A DNA stretch of 64,000 nt from Candidatus Fermentibacteraceae bacterium (GTDB lineage Bacteria; Fermentibacterota; Fermentibacteria; Fermentibacterales; JCC-6): the NCBI GenBank assembly GCA_041750285.1, contig JBGSZS010000002.1:76910-140909 (forward strand), in the 5' to 3' direction. The translations under genes and the position numbers were made by a program. Shown here in pieces: positions 36,170 through 46,892 of the stretch (position 1 is its first letter; the number at the start of each line of letters is the position of its first letter). Under the pieces are notes generated by a model. The model had not been told where the DNA came from and did no database searches. It saw only the letters and a program-made list of their open reading frames with translations.

Positions 36170-37951
36170 CTACCCTATCGTGACCCTTGCTTCAGGATAG
36201 AGATACTTCGAAGAATCCACCCTGAAGGTTGCCGCAGCCAGCGTTGCCGGTACCGTACGCCCTATGAACATGGTAATGATAACGATCCACCTTCCCAAAG
36301 TGGTAAGGCCCGGTGTGACCCCGGTGGAGAGCCCCACGGTACCGAAGGCGCTCATGGACTCGAAAACATACTCCATGGGTTCCCGGGAACCCATGGAGGA
36401 CTTTTCCGAAAGGAGCAGGGAAAACGCCGACACGGAGAAAACCAGGAAACCTATCGTGAACATGGCTCCCGCCCTTCTCAGGTCGAAGTTCGGGATCCTT
36501 CTCTTCCAGATCTCGGGGTTCAGCCTTCCCGTAAGAAGCGACCTGGTGGAGAGGAGCATGAGACCGAGGGCTGTTGTTTTCACGCCGCCTCCGGTACCTC
36601 CCGGGGAGGCTCCCACGAACATCAGAAGGATGAACAGCCAGCGGATCTGTGGCAGAAGGGAAGCCGTGGGCACCGTGTTGAAACCCGCCGTTCTCGGTGT
36701 GACGGCCTGAAGGAATGAGTTTGCCAGCTTGTCTTCGAGGTTCATCCCCTTCAGGGTGTTGTTCCACTCCAGACCGAGGAACGCCGTGAAAGCAAGTACG
36801 ATCAGTATGAAGGTCATCAGGCAGACGAAACGGGCCTGAATGGGAAGCTGGGTCCGGCGTCCCGTCCTGATGAACCCGACCCACCGCATGGCTATCGCGG
36901 TGAGCACCCCGAAACCCATGCCTCCCAGGACGATGAGCGAGCCGATGATCACCGATGTCGCAGGAGACCCGCTGAAGCCCTCGAGTCCGTTCGAGTTGAG
37001 GCTGAAACCGGCGTTGCAGAATGCGCTTACGCTGTGGAAAACGGACTGCCATATCAGCTCGCCGGTGCCCCATTGCGGTCTCAGGCCCCTCCATGTGGAC
37101 ATGAGCATCAGGGCTCCCACGATCTCGATGACCAGAGTCCACATGATTATGGAGAGGATGATCTGCTTCAGGTCGCTTATGAAGTCGCTGTCCATCAGAC
37201 GGCTCAGAGAAAAGGCGTCGCGAAGGCTCAGGTTCTTCCCGAGGGAAAGGGCGAAGAATGCGGCGAAGGTCATTATTCCCAGCCCACCGGTCTGGATGAG
37301 CAGCAGTATTATGGACTGTCCGAACACGGTGTAGCCGTTCTCGGTGTCGATCACTGTGAGACCCGTGACGCAGGTGGCGCTTGCGCTTGTGAAGAAGGCA
37401 TCGGTGAAGGTGATCGTGAAGCCCTCGGGCGTGGCCTTCGGATGCATCAGAAGCAGTGCTCCCAGCAGGATCGTGATGAGAAAGCTAGCGGGAAGGACCA
37501 GGGCGGGGTTGAGTCTGCCGGCGAGCCTGATGATCATTCTCAGTATGACACGGCCAGCCATCAGGAAGGCGTAGAAGGAAGCCGTAACGCCCGGTGCGGG
37601 AATCCAGCCGGCATCCCACCCCGCAAGCCCCGCAGTGAAATGGAGCAGGACACCGGAAAGCATGAGGACGCTCATGACCAAAAACCACGGTGTGTGCCTG
37701 TCCGGAACGAAACCGTCCCGTTTTGTCAGGAGGGGCACAAGGGCGAACAGCACGCTCTCCAGCACGAAGAAAAGGGTAATGGACTGAAGCAGGCTTCCGC
37801 CGCTGATCTGGAAGTAGTGCCTGGTGGCAAACAAAACCATGACCAGCAGGCAGTTGGCGAATCCGTAGACCAGTCTGCCGAACCTCTTCAAGGATGCTTT
37901 CCCTTCCGCTGCGGATTGGAGCATATTTATCCATAACCGCCCAAAGGTCAA
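36170..37951 (-). CDS. ktrB: Potassium uptake membrane subunit KtrB/TrkH (start uncertain)
   Basis: SATCVTGL, SAFCNAGF, PRTAGFN, GASPGGTGGGVKTT, SAFGTVGLS selectivity-filter repeats. Confidence 0.92.
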   Translation of the reverse strand: MTFGRLWINMLQSAAEGKASLKRFGRLVYGFANCLLVMVLFATRHYFQISGGSLLQSITLFFVLESVLFALVPLLTKRDGFVPDRHTPWFLVMSVLMLSGVLLHFTAGLAGWDAGWIPAPGVTASFYAFLMAGRVILRMIIRLAGRLNPALVLPASFLITILLGALLLMHPKATPEGFTITFTDAFFTSASATCVTGLTVIDTENGYTVFGQSIILLLIQTGGLGIMTFAAFFALSLGKNLSLRDAFSLSRLMDSDFISDLKQIILSIIMWTLVIEIVGALMLMSTWRGLRPQWGTGELIWQSVFHSVSAFCNAGFSLNSNGLEGFSGSPATSVIIGSLIVLGGMGFGVLTAIAMRWVGFIRTGRRTQLPIQARFVCLMTFILIVLAFTAFLGLEWNNTLKGMNLEDKLANSFLQAVTPRTAGFNTVPTASLLPQIRWLFILLMFVGASPGGTGGGVKTTALGLMLLSTRSLLTGRLNPEIWKRRIPNFDLRRAGAMFTIGFLVFSVSAFSLLLSEKSSMGSREPMEYVFESMSAFGTVGLSTGVTPGLTTLGRWIVIITMFIGRTVPATLAAATFRVDSSKYLYPEARVTIG

Positions 37952-37975
37952 GCACCCTGCCTGGAAGGAGCCTCA

Positions 37976-39238
37976 ATGCACCCGGCAAAGTACGAGAAGT
38001 TCCTTGGTCTGCGTCCGGTGAACGTGCGGAACGCCATGCCCGGAAGCCTTTGCGGCCTGGCATCGGGAAGGGACATCGCTCTCGCCGCCCTGCGGTCCGA
38101 CGCTATCGTCATGGCCTGCAACATACGCCACCACATGTGCATCCCCGGCATATTCAGGGCCGCCCGCAGGGCCGACTCAGTCGTGATGCTCGAGCTTGCC
38201 AAGTCCGAAGCCACGTATACCGGGGTTTCCTTCGAGAACCTTCCGGGAGCCGCAGCCCATGTTTCGAGCCTCCTCGGCGACGGGATCGTCTTCGGCCTCC
38301 ACATGGATCACTACGCGGTTAAGTCCCCGGCGGAGCGTGATCACGCCATGAAGGCAATTCCGGCTGCGATAGGCTGCGGCTGGACCAGCGTCGCGATAGA
38401 CGCAAGCCACAACCCGGACTGGGAGAACCTTTCCTACACCCGCGACGTTGCCCTGAGCATCCCCCCCTACATCGGTCTCGAGGCGGAAGTGGGAGAGATC
38501 CGGGGTGGAGACGTGCTCACGACCGTTCAGGAGGCCGAGTACTTCGTCGGCGGTTTGAACAGCTGGGGGGTCTTTCCCGATTTTCTTGCAATAAGCAACG
38601 GCTCGAAGCACGGCACGTACGACAGCGCTTCAGGCGAATCCGAGGGGATCAACCTCGGACGCACGGGCGAGATCGCCCGGGCCATCGAGCCTTACGGCTG
38701 CGTCATCGCACAGCACGGGATAAGCGGCACTCCGCTCCACAAAGTGGGGCTTTTCACGAAGTACGGCATACGCAAGGGCAACGTGGGAACCCTCTGGCAG
38801 AACATCCTCTTCGGTCTTGACGTCGATCCGGAGAGCGGCAACGCCTACACGGAGAACGGCAGGTGGGTCAAGAGACCGGACCGCGGCATCCCCACGGAAC
38901 TCTGGAACGAGATGACCGCCCATGCTGATTCCATGGGCATGTCCGGCAACTCCGGAGACTACAAGAAGCTCAACCTTCCGTTCCACCACCGGATCATGGC
39001 CGTGGGCGGGGAATACCGGACCAGGATCATCGACGAGACAGAGCGCTGGGCCCTCAGGTTCTTCGAAGCCTTCAACTCGGTCGGAACCGCGACCGCTCTT
39101 GTGGACGCGGTGGTGGAGAGGGGCGACTGGAACAGCTCGCCCTGCAGGAAGATCATTGTGGACAGGGGCGTTTTCGGAGCACACAACCCGCCCGACGCAG
39201 GAACGGCCGAAGCCGTGAAGGGTGATTTCTCTGACTGA
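37976..39238 (+). CDS. fba: Class II fructose-bisphosphate aldolase
   Basis: HMDHY, IDASH, EAEVGEI, NGSKHG, AQHGISG, KGNVGT. Confidence 0.88.
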   Translation: MHPAKYEKFLGLRPVNVRNAMPGSLCGLASGRDIALAALRSDAIVMACNIRHHMCIPGIFRAARRADSVVMLELAKSEATYTGVSFENLPGAAAHVSSLLGDGIVFGLHMDHYAVKSPAERDHAMKAIPAAIGCGWTSVAIDASHNPDWENLSYTRDVALSIPPYIGLEAEVGEIRGGDVLTTVQEAEYFVGGLNSWGVFPDFLAISNGSKHGTYDSASGESEGINLGRTGEIARAIEPYGCVIAQHGISGTPLHKVGLFTKYGIRKGNVGTLWQNILFGLDVDPESGNAYTENGRWVKRPDRGIPTELWNEMTAHADSMGMSGNSGDYKKLNLPFHHRIMAVGGEYRTRIIDETERWALRFFEAFNSVGTATALVDAVVERGDWNSSPCRKIIVDRGVFGAHNPPDAGTAEAVKGDFSD

Positions 39239-40496
39239 CCTTTACCTGTCCGGCCCACGGGTTCTCAACCCGGCCCGGGGAACCGATTCGGTCTCGGATG
39301 TTCTGATCCGCGGCGGAAAGGTGGTCTGCCCCGTCTCCGGCCCTGTCCCTCCGGGTTGCGAGATGATGGACTGCAGGGGTCTCTGGGTATTGCCGGGACT
39401 CGTGGACATGCACGTACACCTGAGAACGCCCGGCAACACGGGCGCAGAAACGCTCGAGTCCGGTCTCAGGGCGGCTATCGCCGGGGGGGTCACGACCGTG
39501 GCGTTCATGCCCAACACCACGCCTCCCGTCGACGATCCGGAGCTCGCTGAGAGGCTCATGCGCACGGCCGAAAGCCTGAAACTGGCGGCAGCGATCCCCG
39601 TGCCCTGCGTCACCGTGGGCGGCGCCGGCGGTCCCCTTGCCGACCTCGAGGCGTTTGCTTCCCTGGGCATCAGAGCCTTCTCGGATGACGGCCGTCCCGT
39701 GGTGCCCGACAGTTCATTCCGGCAGGCATGCGAGCGGATAGCCTCCTTCGGGGGCGTTCTCATCGAGCACCCGGAGGACACTGAACTCGCAGCCGGCGGA
39801 GTCGTGAACCTCGGTCCCGTTTCGACGGCCCTTGGCGTTCCGGGCCTCTCCGAGGAGTCGGAGTGGTCGGATGCGGCGAGGTGCGTATCCCTTCTCGAAG
39901 GCACCGGCGCCAGGCTGCACCTTACCCATCTTTCAAGCCCGGAATCCGTGAGGATCGCCAGCCGAGCCGCTTTGAACGGGCTTTCCGTCACCTGCGACGT
40001 CACGCCGCACCACCTTGCGCTCAACCACCATGTCGTCCAGGCTCTCGGAAGCAACGCTAAGATGAACCCCCCGCTTCGCTCGGAGGAGAGCAGACGGGAA
40101 CTGGTGTCCATGTGTGCCCGGGGTCTCGTTGGTGTGGTGGCGAGTGATCATGCACCCCACACCCGGGAATCGAAGGAACGTCCCCTTGAGTCCGCCGCGT
40201 TCGGGGTCACCGGCCTCGAAACCCTCCTTCCTGTAACGATGGGCGTTCTGTCAGGTGAGGGGGGGATGTCGCCCCTTGCAGTCACGGCCATGCTTTCCAC
40301 CGCGCCGGCCTCAGTGCTGGGCATTGCGGTTCCGGACCTGTGCAGTGATGCCTGCGATTCTCTGGTTCTTTTCGATCCGGGAGAGGAGTGGGTCTATCAG
40401 GGCGGCTGCTCGCTTTCACGTAACACGCCGTTCCTGGGCACCCGGCTCACGGGAAGGGTGGTCATGACGCTCTGCAGGGGGAGGGTCTTCCAATGA
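39222..40496 (+). CDS. pyrC: Dihydroorotase
   Basis: DMHVHLRTPG, MPNTTP, FSDDG, DVTPHHL, KMNPPLR, SDHAPH. Confidence 0.93.
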   Translation: MISLTDLYLSGPRVLNPARGTDSVSDVLIRGGKVVCPVSGPVPPGCEMMDCRGLWVLPGLVDMHVHLRTPGNTGAETLESGLRAAIAGGVTTVAFMPNTTPPVDDPELAERLMRTAESLKLAAAIPVPCVTVGGAGGPLADLEAFASLGIRAFSDDGRPVVPDSSFRQACERIASFGGVLIEHPEDTELAAGGVVNLGPVSTALGVPGLSEESEWSDAARCVSLLEGTGARLHLTHLSSPESVRIASRAALNGLSVTCDVTPHHLALNHHVVQALGSNAKMNPPLRSEESRRELVSMCARGLVGVVASDHAPHTRESKERPLESAAFGVTGLETLLPVTMGVLSGEGGMSPLAVTAMLSTAPASVLGIAVPDLCSDACDSLVLFDPGEEWVYQGGCSLSRNTPFLGTRLTGRVVMTLCRGRVFQ

Positions 40497-42142
40497 GGAG
40501 GCTTGCGGGATTCGCGCTGCTTCTGGTTTTCCTGCCGGGCTGCGCATACTTCAACACCTTCTACAATGCCAGGAGGAAATACGACGAGGCTCTGGTGCTG
40601 TACCGCGCCAACCCCGACAACCCTTCCGCAAACGAAGAGGCCCTGCTCGACGATGCCATCTACGGGGCCGGCAAGGTTCTGGCCAACTACCCCGAAAGCC
40701 GGTGGGTCGACGACGCACAGCTTCTGCTGGGTGACGCATTCCTTCTCAAGGGGCAGCGCACGTTGACCGGCAGCGGCACCTCCAGCTTCCAGGATGCAAT
40801 GATGGCATACGGGGCCGTTCTTGTGATGAGCGGAGACCAGCGGGTACTGGACAGGGCAAGCCTGGGAATGGGCAGGGCCGCAATGCTTCTCGGGCGTTAC
40901 AGCGACGCCGCCGCCGCCTTCCGCGAGGTGAGTTCGCAGGACCGCAGGCTTCACGCACAGTCCAGGCTTCTGCTTTGCGAAGCGTTGCTTCAGTCGGGGC
41001 TTGGCGGGATGGCGCTGTCGGTGCTCGACACGCTTACGCCCCGCGGAGGCGACAGCCTGAGGGCAGAGTACTACATAACCCTGGGCAGGACACTGACGGA
41101 GATGGGGCTGCCAGACAGCGGCGCCGTTACCGCCCTTCGGGCCGTCGAAATAGAAACCCGTGGAACTGTTTACTACAGGGCCAACATGGTGTCCGCCGAA
41201 GCATGGATATCGGCGGGCCGGGCCGACATGGCCTCAGCGGTCCTCAACCGCCTTCTTGGCAGCTACCGCACGAACAGTGAGATGGCCGCCATATCGCTTC
41301 TGAAGGGCAAGGCGGACCAGGCCGCCGGAAACATCGGGGGAGCTCTCCAGGCATACCTCGACGCGTCTGAGTACGATACGAACCGTGAGTCTGGCGCCGA
41401 AGCCCTCTATCTGAGGGCGCTGCTTCTGGAAGAGCAGGGCAGGATAGACGACGCCCTCGATGCCCTGGCCTCCCTTGCATCGCGTTCGGGTACCAACCTC
41501 TGGACCAGGGTCGCGGCGGACAGGCAGCGTGAGCTTTCGCTTCTCAGGCAGTACCAGGAGAAACTCGCTCTTTCGGGGAGTGAGGAAAGGTACAGGTACC
41601 GTCTTCTCATGGCGGAGAAGAGCCTCGACCTGTACGGCCGCACGCCCGAAACTGTGCTCGAACTCAGGGACATCGCACGAAACGCCGACCCCCTTCGAAT
41701 GGCCATGGCGATGAGCCTTCTGGCGGATATCGAGGGCACTCCGCCCGATTCCGCGGCCCAACTCCGCCTTTCCGTGCTTTCCATAGCCGACAGCTCGGAC
41801 CTTGCGGGAAGGATCGAAACACTTCTCGGGCTCCCTCCCGGCCCCTCCGCGAACGTCAGACCCGGGGCCGTCATCGAAAGGGCCTTTCGCGACATGGAGG
41901 CGGGAAGGTACAGTGCCGCATGGGAGTCGATCGATGCGCTGCTCGATTCCCACTGGAGCTACGAGATCAGGGAACAGGCTCTCTGGGCGGCGTACAAGGC
42001 AGCTGACGGCGCCGGCATGGAGCACACCCTTGTCGAATCCTACCTCCGTGAACTGCTGAGGGACTATCCCGACACTATCGAGGGCGCACAGGCCGCCCTA
42101 AGGCTGAATGCTGCCCGCGATGAAGGCGGGGAGGAGGAGTAG
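40493..42142 (+). CDS. TPR-repeat lipoprotein
   Basis: Lipobox LPGC followed by AYFNTFYNA; YPESRWVDDA; helical TPR-like repeats. Confidence 0.8.
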   Translation: MRRLAGFALLLVFLPGCAYFNTFYNARRKYDEALVLYRANPDNPSANEEALLDDAIYGAGKVLANYPESRWVDDAQLLLGDAFLLKGQRTLTGSGTSSFQDAMMAYGAVLVMSGDQRVLDRASLGMGRAAMLLGRYSDAAAAFREVSSQDRRLHAQSRLLLCEALLQSGLGGMALSVLDTLTPRGGDSLRAEYYITLGRTLTEMGLPDSGAVTALRAVEIETRGTVYYRANMVSAEAWISAGRADMASAVLNRLLGSYRTNSEMAAISLLKGKADQAAGNIGGALQAYLDASEYDTNRESGAEALYLRALLLEEQGRIDDALDALASLASRSGTNLWTRVAADRQRELSLLRQYQEKLALSGSEERYRYRLLMAEKSLDLYGRTPETVLELRDIARNADPLRMAMAMSLLADIEGTPPDSAAQLRLSVLSIADSSDLAGRIETLLGLPPGPSANVRPGAVIERAFRDMEAGRYSAAWESIDALLDSHWSYEIREQALWAAYKAADGAGMEHTLVESYLRELLRDYPDTIEGAQAALRLNAARDEGGEEE

Positions 42143-42152
42143 GGCCGTTATT

Positions 42153-42905
42153 ATGGCAGCCCCCCGTGATTTCGACGGAATCGTGACCTGCGTGGAAGGG
42201 CTTTGTCCGGGCGTTCTGCGGATCGCCGTGAAGGCGCATGATTTTGCGGGTGAGCCCGGCCAGTTCGTGGAGATGGAGCCCTCGCCGGACTGCTTTCCCA
42301 TGACAAGACGCCCCTTCACCATAAACAGGCTTCTCCCGGGGGGGTTCGAGGTGGTCTTCGAGGTCCTTGGCCGGGGCACCGGACTTCTTGGGAGGCTCGA
42401 ACCGGGTGACGGGGTTCGCACCCTTGGCCCCCTGGGCAGAGGGTGGCGGCTCTCTCCCGGAAGATGGCTGCTCGTGGGAGGCGGGATGGGCGCCGCGGGT
42501 TTTCCATTCCTCGCCGCTTCCCTTTCCGAACCTCCCCTTGTCCTTCTGGGCGCCTCCACGTCGGAGAGGCTTCTGCACACGGGCGGCGACCAGCGCACGA
42601 TAACCGACGACGGCACATCCGGAGTGAAGGGCAGGGTGACGGACCTTCTCGGGTCCGTGGATCTCGATGCCTTCTCGACCGTTGCCGTCTGCGGTCCCCT
42701 CCGGATGCTGAAGGCCGTGTGGACTTCCCTTCCCGACCGGCACAGACACAAGGTTCAGGTCTCCACCGAGAGCAGGATGGGGTGCGGCTGGGGCGTGTGC
42801 GAGGGCTGCTCCATACCTGTCCCGGGTGGCGGCTACAGGAAGTGCTGCACCGACGGACCGGTTTTCACGGGTGAGGAACTGGATTGGGACAGGTGGTCCG
42901 AATGA
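42153..42905 (+). CDS. pyrK: Dihydroorotate dehydrogenase electron transfer subunit
   Basis: PGQFV, RRPFT, GPLGRG, GGGMG, CGP, MGCGWGVCEGC..C.DGPVF. Confidence 0.92.
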   Translation: MAAPRDFDGIVTCVEGLCPGVLRIAVKAHDFAGEPGQFVEMEPSPDCFPMTRRPFTINRLLPGGFEVVFEVLGRGTGLLGRLEPGDGVRTLGPLGRGWRLSPGRWLLVGGGMGAAGFPFLAASLSEPPLVLLGASTSERLLHTGGDQRTITDDGTSGVKGRVTDLLGSVDLDAFSTVAVCGPLRMLKAVWTSLPDRHRHKVQVSTESRMGCGWGVCEGCSIPVPGGGYRKCCTDGPVFTGEELDWDRWSE

Positions 42906-43783
42906 CGGCTTTTCCACCATCACTTTCAAGACGCCTCTGGGGGAGGTCCTTCGATTCACCGATCATCCTTGCCGGCGGAACGGCCGGGTTCGGCGCAGAG
43001 CTTTTCGTGACCGACGGGGGCTGTTTCGGCGGAGTCGCCGCCGTGGTGTCCAAATCCGTCACGCTCAATCCCAGGGCCGGAAACGAGCCTCCCCGGATAC
43101 AGGAGACCGAATTCGGTCTTCTGAATTCGATAGGCCTTGCGAATCCTGGTGTTTACTCTGTTGTCAGTCAGGTACTTGAGAAAGCAGTTAACATGCCGTG
43201 CCCCCTCATCGTGAACGTGGCCGGCGAGACCGAGGACGAGTTCGCCCGGGTGGTTCAGGTTCTTGAGGGGTCCCCGGTGCCCTGGGCTTACGAGATCAAC
43301 GTATCGTGCCCCAACGTGGCTTGCGGAGGGCTTCCATTCGGTTCCGACCCCGGATCGGTCGAAAGGATCGCACGCACGGTCGCGGAAGTCACCCGGAAAC
43401 CATTCTGCGTGAAACTGACTCCCAACGCCGGGAGCATCGTGGAAACGGCCGTTGCGGCACAGGAGGGCGGGGCGGCCGGGGTCACGGTCTGCAACACCTT
43501 TCTGGGCATGAAGATGGACTGGAGAACGGGAACCACGCTTCTCAGGAAGAAAGTCGCGGGCTATTCGTCCCCCGCACTCCTTCCCCTGGTGGTTGCCCGG
43601 GTGTGGCAGGTGTCCCGGGCGGTCTCCGTGCCGGTCCTCGCGTCGGGCGGGGTTGCGCGGGGCGGGGACGTGCTCGAGCTTCTTGCCGCGGGAGCGGAAA
43701 TGGTCCAGGTGGGATCAAGACTGATGCGCCGCCCCCGCGCTGCACGGGAGCTGCTTCAGGAAGCTCGGGAGCTCCTGGAATGA
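42902..43783 (+). CDS. pyrD: Dihydroorotate dehydrogenase family 1B catalytic subunit
   Basis: [37 protein letters not shown]. Confidence 0.93.
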   Translation: MTAFPPSLSRRLWGRSFDSPIILAGGTAGFGAELFVTDGGCFGGVAAVVSKSVTLNPRAGNEPPRIQETEFGLLNSIGLANPGVYSVVSQVLEKAVNMPCPLIVNVAGETEDEFARVVQVLEGSPVPWAYEINVSCPNVACGGLPFGSDPGSVERIARTVAEVTRKPFCVKLTPNAGSIVETAVAAQEGGAAGVTVCNTFLGMKMDWRTGTTLLRKKVAGYSSPALLPLVVARVWQVSRAVSVPVLASGGVARGGDVLELLAAGAEMVQVGSRLMRRPRAARELLQEARELLE

Positions 43784-44190
43784 GGCGCGGGGCCGCGGTT
43801 ACCGCCGCGATCCTCCTTTTTTCGGGCTGCGTTCTAGTGTCGAGCCCCGTTTACAGGTATACCGGAACCTCGGCCCGCCAGGCCGTTACTTCCGGGCTTT
43901 CCCTCAGGGGCTACGCAAGCTGGTACGGCGAGGCCTTCCATGGCAGAAAGACGGCCAGCGGCGAGCCCTTCGACATGAACGCGCTCACGTGCGCCCATCG
44001 TTCGCTGCCGTTCGGAACCATGCTGTTGGTGACCAATACCGCCAACAGCAGAACCGTCACGGTGAGGGTCAACGACAGGGGACCCTATGTTTCCGGCCGG
44101 ATCGTCGACCTTTCAAGGGGCGCCGCCTCGCGGCTCGACATGCTGGAGAGCGGTACGGTACTCGTGGACATGAAGGTGGTGGACCAATGA
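43780..44190 (+). CDS. rlpA: RlpA-family lytic transglycosylase lipoprotein
   Basis: Lipobox [38 protein letters not shown]. Confidence 0.92.
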   Translation: MRRGAAVTAAILLFSGCVLVSSPVYRYTGTSARQAVTSGLSLRGYASWYGEAFHGRKTASGEPFDMNALTCAHRSLPFGTMLLVTNTANSRTVTVRVNDRGPYVSGRIVDLSRGAASRLDMLESGTVLVDMKVVDQ

Positions 44191-44888
44191 GCGGAATCGC
44201 CCGGGTTTTCGTCGCGGTGACAAGTGACTGCGGCAATAGCGCCACGAAGATCATTTCTCCCCTGAGGGGTCTTCCCGTCGGGATAAAGATCGGTCTGGAA
44301 CTCTTCACCAGGGAGGGACCCCCGATCGTTGAGCGGGTAAGGGACCTTGGCTTCCAGGTGTTCCTCGACCTCAAGTTCCACGACATTCCCCACACCGTTG
44401 AGGGAGCAGTGCGTTCCGCCTGCCTCCTGAAGCCCGACCTGCTGAACGTGCACGCTTCCGGGGGGACCGGGATGATGAGGGCTGCCGCCGGCGCCGCATC
44501 GGCCGGTACGAAGCTCATAGCCGTGACTGTCCTCACAAGTCTCGACTCCTCCGACCTTGCCCTTCTCGCACCGGGACTCACCCCCCGTGACGCATCGGTC
44601 CGTCTGGCGGTCGCCGCACATTCAGCCGGACTTGGCGGCGTTGTCTGCTCCCCGCACGAGGTCGGACCGGTAAGGGAAGCCACCTGTCCCGGGTTTTTCA
44701 TCATCACCCCGGGGGTCAGGCCGGCCGATTCCTCCCCCGACGATCAGAAGAGGGTGATGACGCCCCGTGGAGCGATAATGGCCGGAGCCGACTCGCTGGT
44801 CGTGGGAAGGCCCGTCACAGGCGCTCCCGACCCCCGGCGTGCGGCCCTCGATATCCTGCGTGAGGTCGAAGAAGCCCTTCAGGGCTGA
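44187..44888 (+). CDS. pyrF: Orotidine-5'-phosphate decarboxylase
   Basis: [40 protein letters not shown]. Confidence 0.95.
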   Translation: MSGIARVFVAVTSDCGNSATKIISPLRGLPVGIKIGLELFTREGPPIVERVRDLGFQVFLDLKFHDIPHTVEGAVRSACLLKPDLLNVHASGGTGMMRAAAGAASAGTKLIAVTVLTSLDSSDLALLAPGLTPRDASVRLAVAAHSAGLGGVVCSPHEVGPVREATCPGFFIITPGVRPADSSPDDQKRVMTPRGAIMAGADSLVVGRPVTGAPDPRRAALDILREVEEALQG

Positions 44889-44891
44889 CTC

Positions 44892-46823
44892 ATGATATCC
44901 CCCGCGCTTTCCATCGTCCGGACGATCATCGTCACTGTTGCCGTGCTGGCGATGCTGACGGTTGTTTCATCGGTCCTTGTGCACGGCATGACTGTCCGTA
45001 CGCTCTCGAGACTCGACGCGGGGGTTTCGGTTGCCCGGGTGACCGCCACGCCGGAAGCCATTCTTCTGACAGGTGTGTCCTTCCCCGCAAGGGGCGTCCG
45101 GGCCGATTCGGCCTGGGTGCTTCTTGACGGTTTTCCGCTGGCCCTCGAGGCCACGGGCGTCGTGATGACTGACGTCACAGTCCTTCCTGTCACGCGGCAA
45201 GGGTCGGATCCCCCGGGGAGGGGTCCCGAACCTGGCGCTCCACCGGTTTCCATTCTCAGCGGGACCCTTGTTACGGACGGGCAGGAGAGCGACCTGTTCG
45301 CCCGGTACGATTCGGGCGTCATCGTCTTCGACCTGGCAGGTCCCTGGGGCCGGGCCTGGGGAGAACGGAGCGACGGCGGCGGTATTTCCGTGGTTTTTCG
45401 CGACTGTACGGGATTTCCGGGAACACCGGGCCTTCCAGGCATCCTTGAGGGTAACTCGTTCTGCGGGGTCGCCAGGGGACGACAGAACGGAAGGGATGCC
45501 ACTCTCAGCGGAGCATTCACCAGTTTCAACGGCCGTCCGGTGAACATGTCCTTCAACATGGAGATGGTTCAGGGAAGGCCGGGGTTCGAGATAGGCTCGG
45601 ATTTCAGCCAGGTGGCGCCCCAGGTCTCCGACTTCGTTTTCGGGATCACGAGGGGCGCTGTCTCGGGAGCCGAACCCGGGGGGACCTTCACGATTGCCAC
45701 CACCGGGGGTGACACCCTGTTCTTCACCTTCGACGTGTCCTTCGGAAGCCTTCGGGTCTTTCATCCATCCCTGGCGCGGGACACTGTTTTCATCTCGTGC
45801 TCCTCCTCGGGCAGGGGATTCGTCCTGCCCTCTTCGGGCACATTTTCGGTGGATTCGGCGGCGTTTCTGCTTGGAACCGCAGGTTGCGGCTATTCGATTC
45901 GGGGGGGATGGGGTGAAAGGCGTTTCCTGCGGCTTGACGTTTTCAACGACTCCCTTCGTGGCGAAGCCATTGCAGCCTCAGTTCCCGGACCGCTTCTTGG
46001 GAGGCTGAGGGGACTGAGGCTTTCCGGCGCCATTTCCTTCGACATCGGCCTGTTTCTCGACTGGGACCATCCCGACAGCTCCGACGTTACGATCGACATC
46101 GACGCCTCGGGCCTGAGGGTCGATCACAGCCCGGTGAGTTTCGGGCGGCTGGCTTCCCGTTCCGGAGAAACGGTTCTCATGAGGGACAGCTGGGGAAACT
46201 CGCGGATCATCGGCCTTGATTCCATCTCCCGCCCGGGGTTCGTCCCGGTTCGAAGCTTCCCGCCGTGGCTGGAACCCCTGATCTGCGCCGCAGAGGACGG
46301 CACGTTCAGGCACCACGGCGGATTCAGCGAGTTCCATCTCCGAAACAGCATTAGGGCCGACATGAGCCAGGGAAGGTTCGTCAGGGGCGGGTCCACCCTT
46401 TCGATGCAGCTCGTCAAGAACCTTTTCCTGAGCAGGGAGAAGACCCTGGCCAGAAAGCTGCAGGAGGTTTTTCTGACCTGGCGCATGGAGGCTCACCTGA
46501 GCAAGGACAGGATCCTCGAGCTCTATGTCAACGTTGTTGAACTCGGACCAGGCGTGTTCGGCTTCGGCGAAGCGGCCGCGTACTATTTCGGGACCACCGC
46601 CGAGAGCCTTTCGGTGAGGGAGACGGCATTTCTCGTTTCGATACTTCCCGGCCCGAAGCTTTATCACAGGTTCGCGGTCGCCGGTGCGCTCCCGGGTTAC
46701 TGGAACGACTACCTCGACAGGCTTGTGAACGCCGCGGCGAGCCGCACCGGCCTTGACTGCCAGGCCGCGCGTTCGGGGCTTTGTGAAAGCCTTGTGTTCG
46801 ATGGGTCGGTTTCGGGTATCTGA
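44892..46823 (+). CDS. Monofunctional peptidoglycan transglycosylase (GT51) with long N-terminal beta-rich region
   Basis: AEDGTF.HHGG, GGSTLSMQLVKNLFL, RKLQE, KDRILELYVN; no transpeptidase domain. Confidence 0.85.
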   Translation: MISPALSIVRTIIVTVAVLAMLTVVSSVLVHGMTVRTLSRLDAGVSVARVTATPEAILLTGVSFPARGVRADSAWVLLDGFPLALEATGVVMTDVTVLPVTRQGSDPPGRGPEPGAPPVSILSGTLVTDGQESDLFARYDSGVIVFDLAGPWGRAWGERSDGGGISVVFRDCTGFPGTPGLPGILEGNSFCGVARGRQNGRDATLSGAFTSFNGRPVNMSFNMEMVQGRPGFEIGSDFSQVAPQVSDFVFGITRGAVSGAEPGGTFTIATTGGDTLFFTFDVSFGSLRVFHPSLARDTVFISCSSSGRGFVLPSSGTFSVDSAAFLLGTAGCGYSIRGGWGERRFLRLDVFNDSLRGEAIAASVPGPLLGRLRGLRLSGAISFDIGLFLDWDHPDSSDVTIDIDASGLRVDHSPVSFGRLASRSGETVLMRDSWGNSRIIGLDSISRPGFVPVRSFPPWLEPLICAAEDGTFRHHGGFSEFHLRNSIRADMSQGRFVRGGSTLSMQLVKNLFLSREKTLARKLQEVFLTWRMEAHLSKDRILELYVNVVELGPGVFGFGEAAAYYFGTTAESLSVRETAFLVSILPGPKLYHRFAVAGALPGYWNDYLDRLVNAAASRTGLDCQAARSGLCESLVFDGSVSGI

Positions 46824-46892
46824 CGGGGTTTCCCGCTGGTCTGTTGGCATTATGTTTTGTGTGCCAACCGTTCGGGAAGGGGAGGGGGTTCC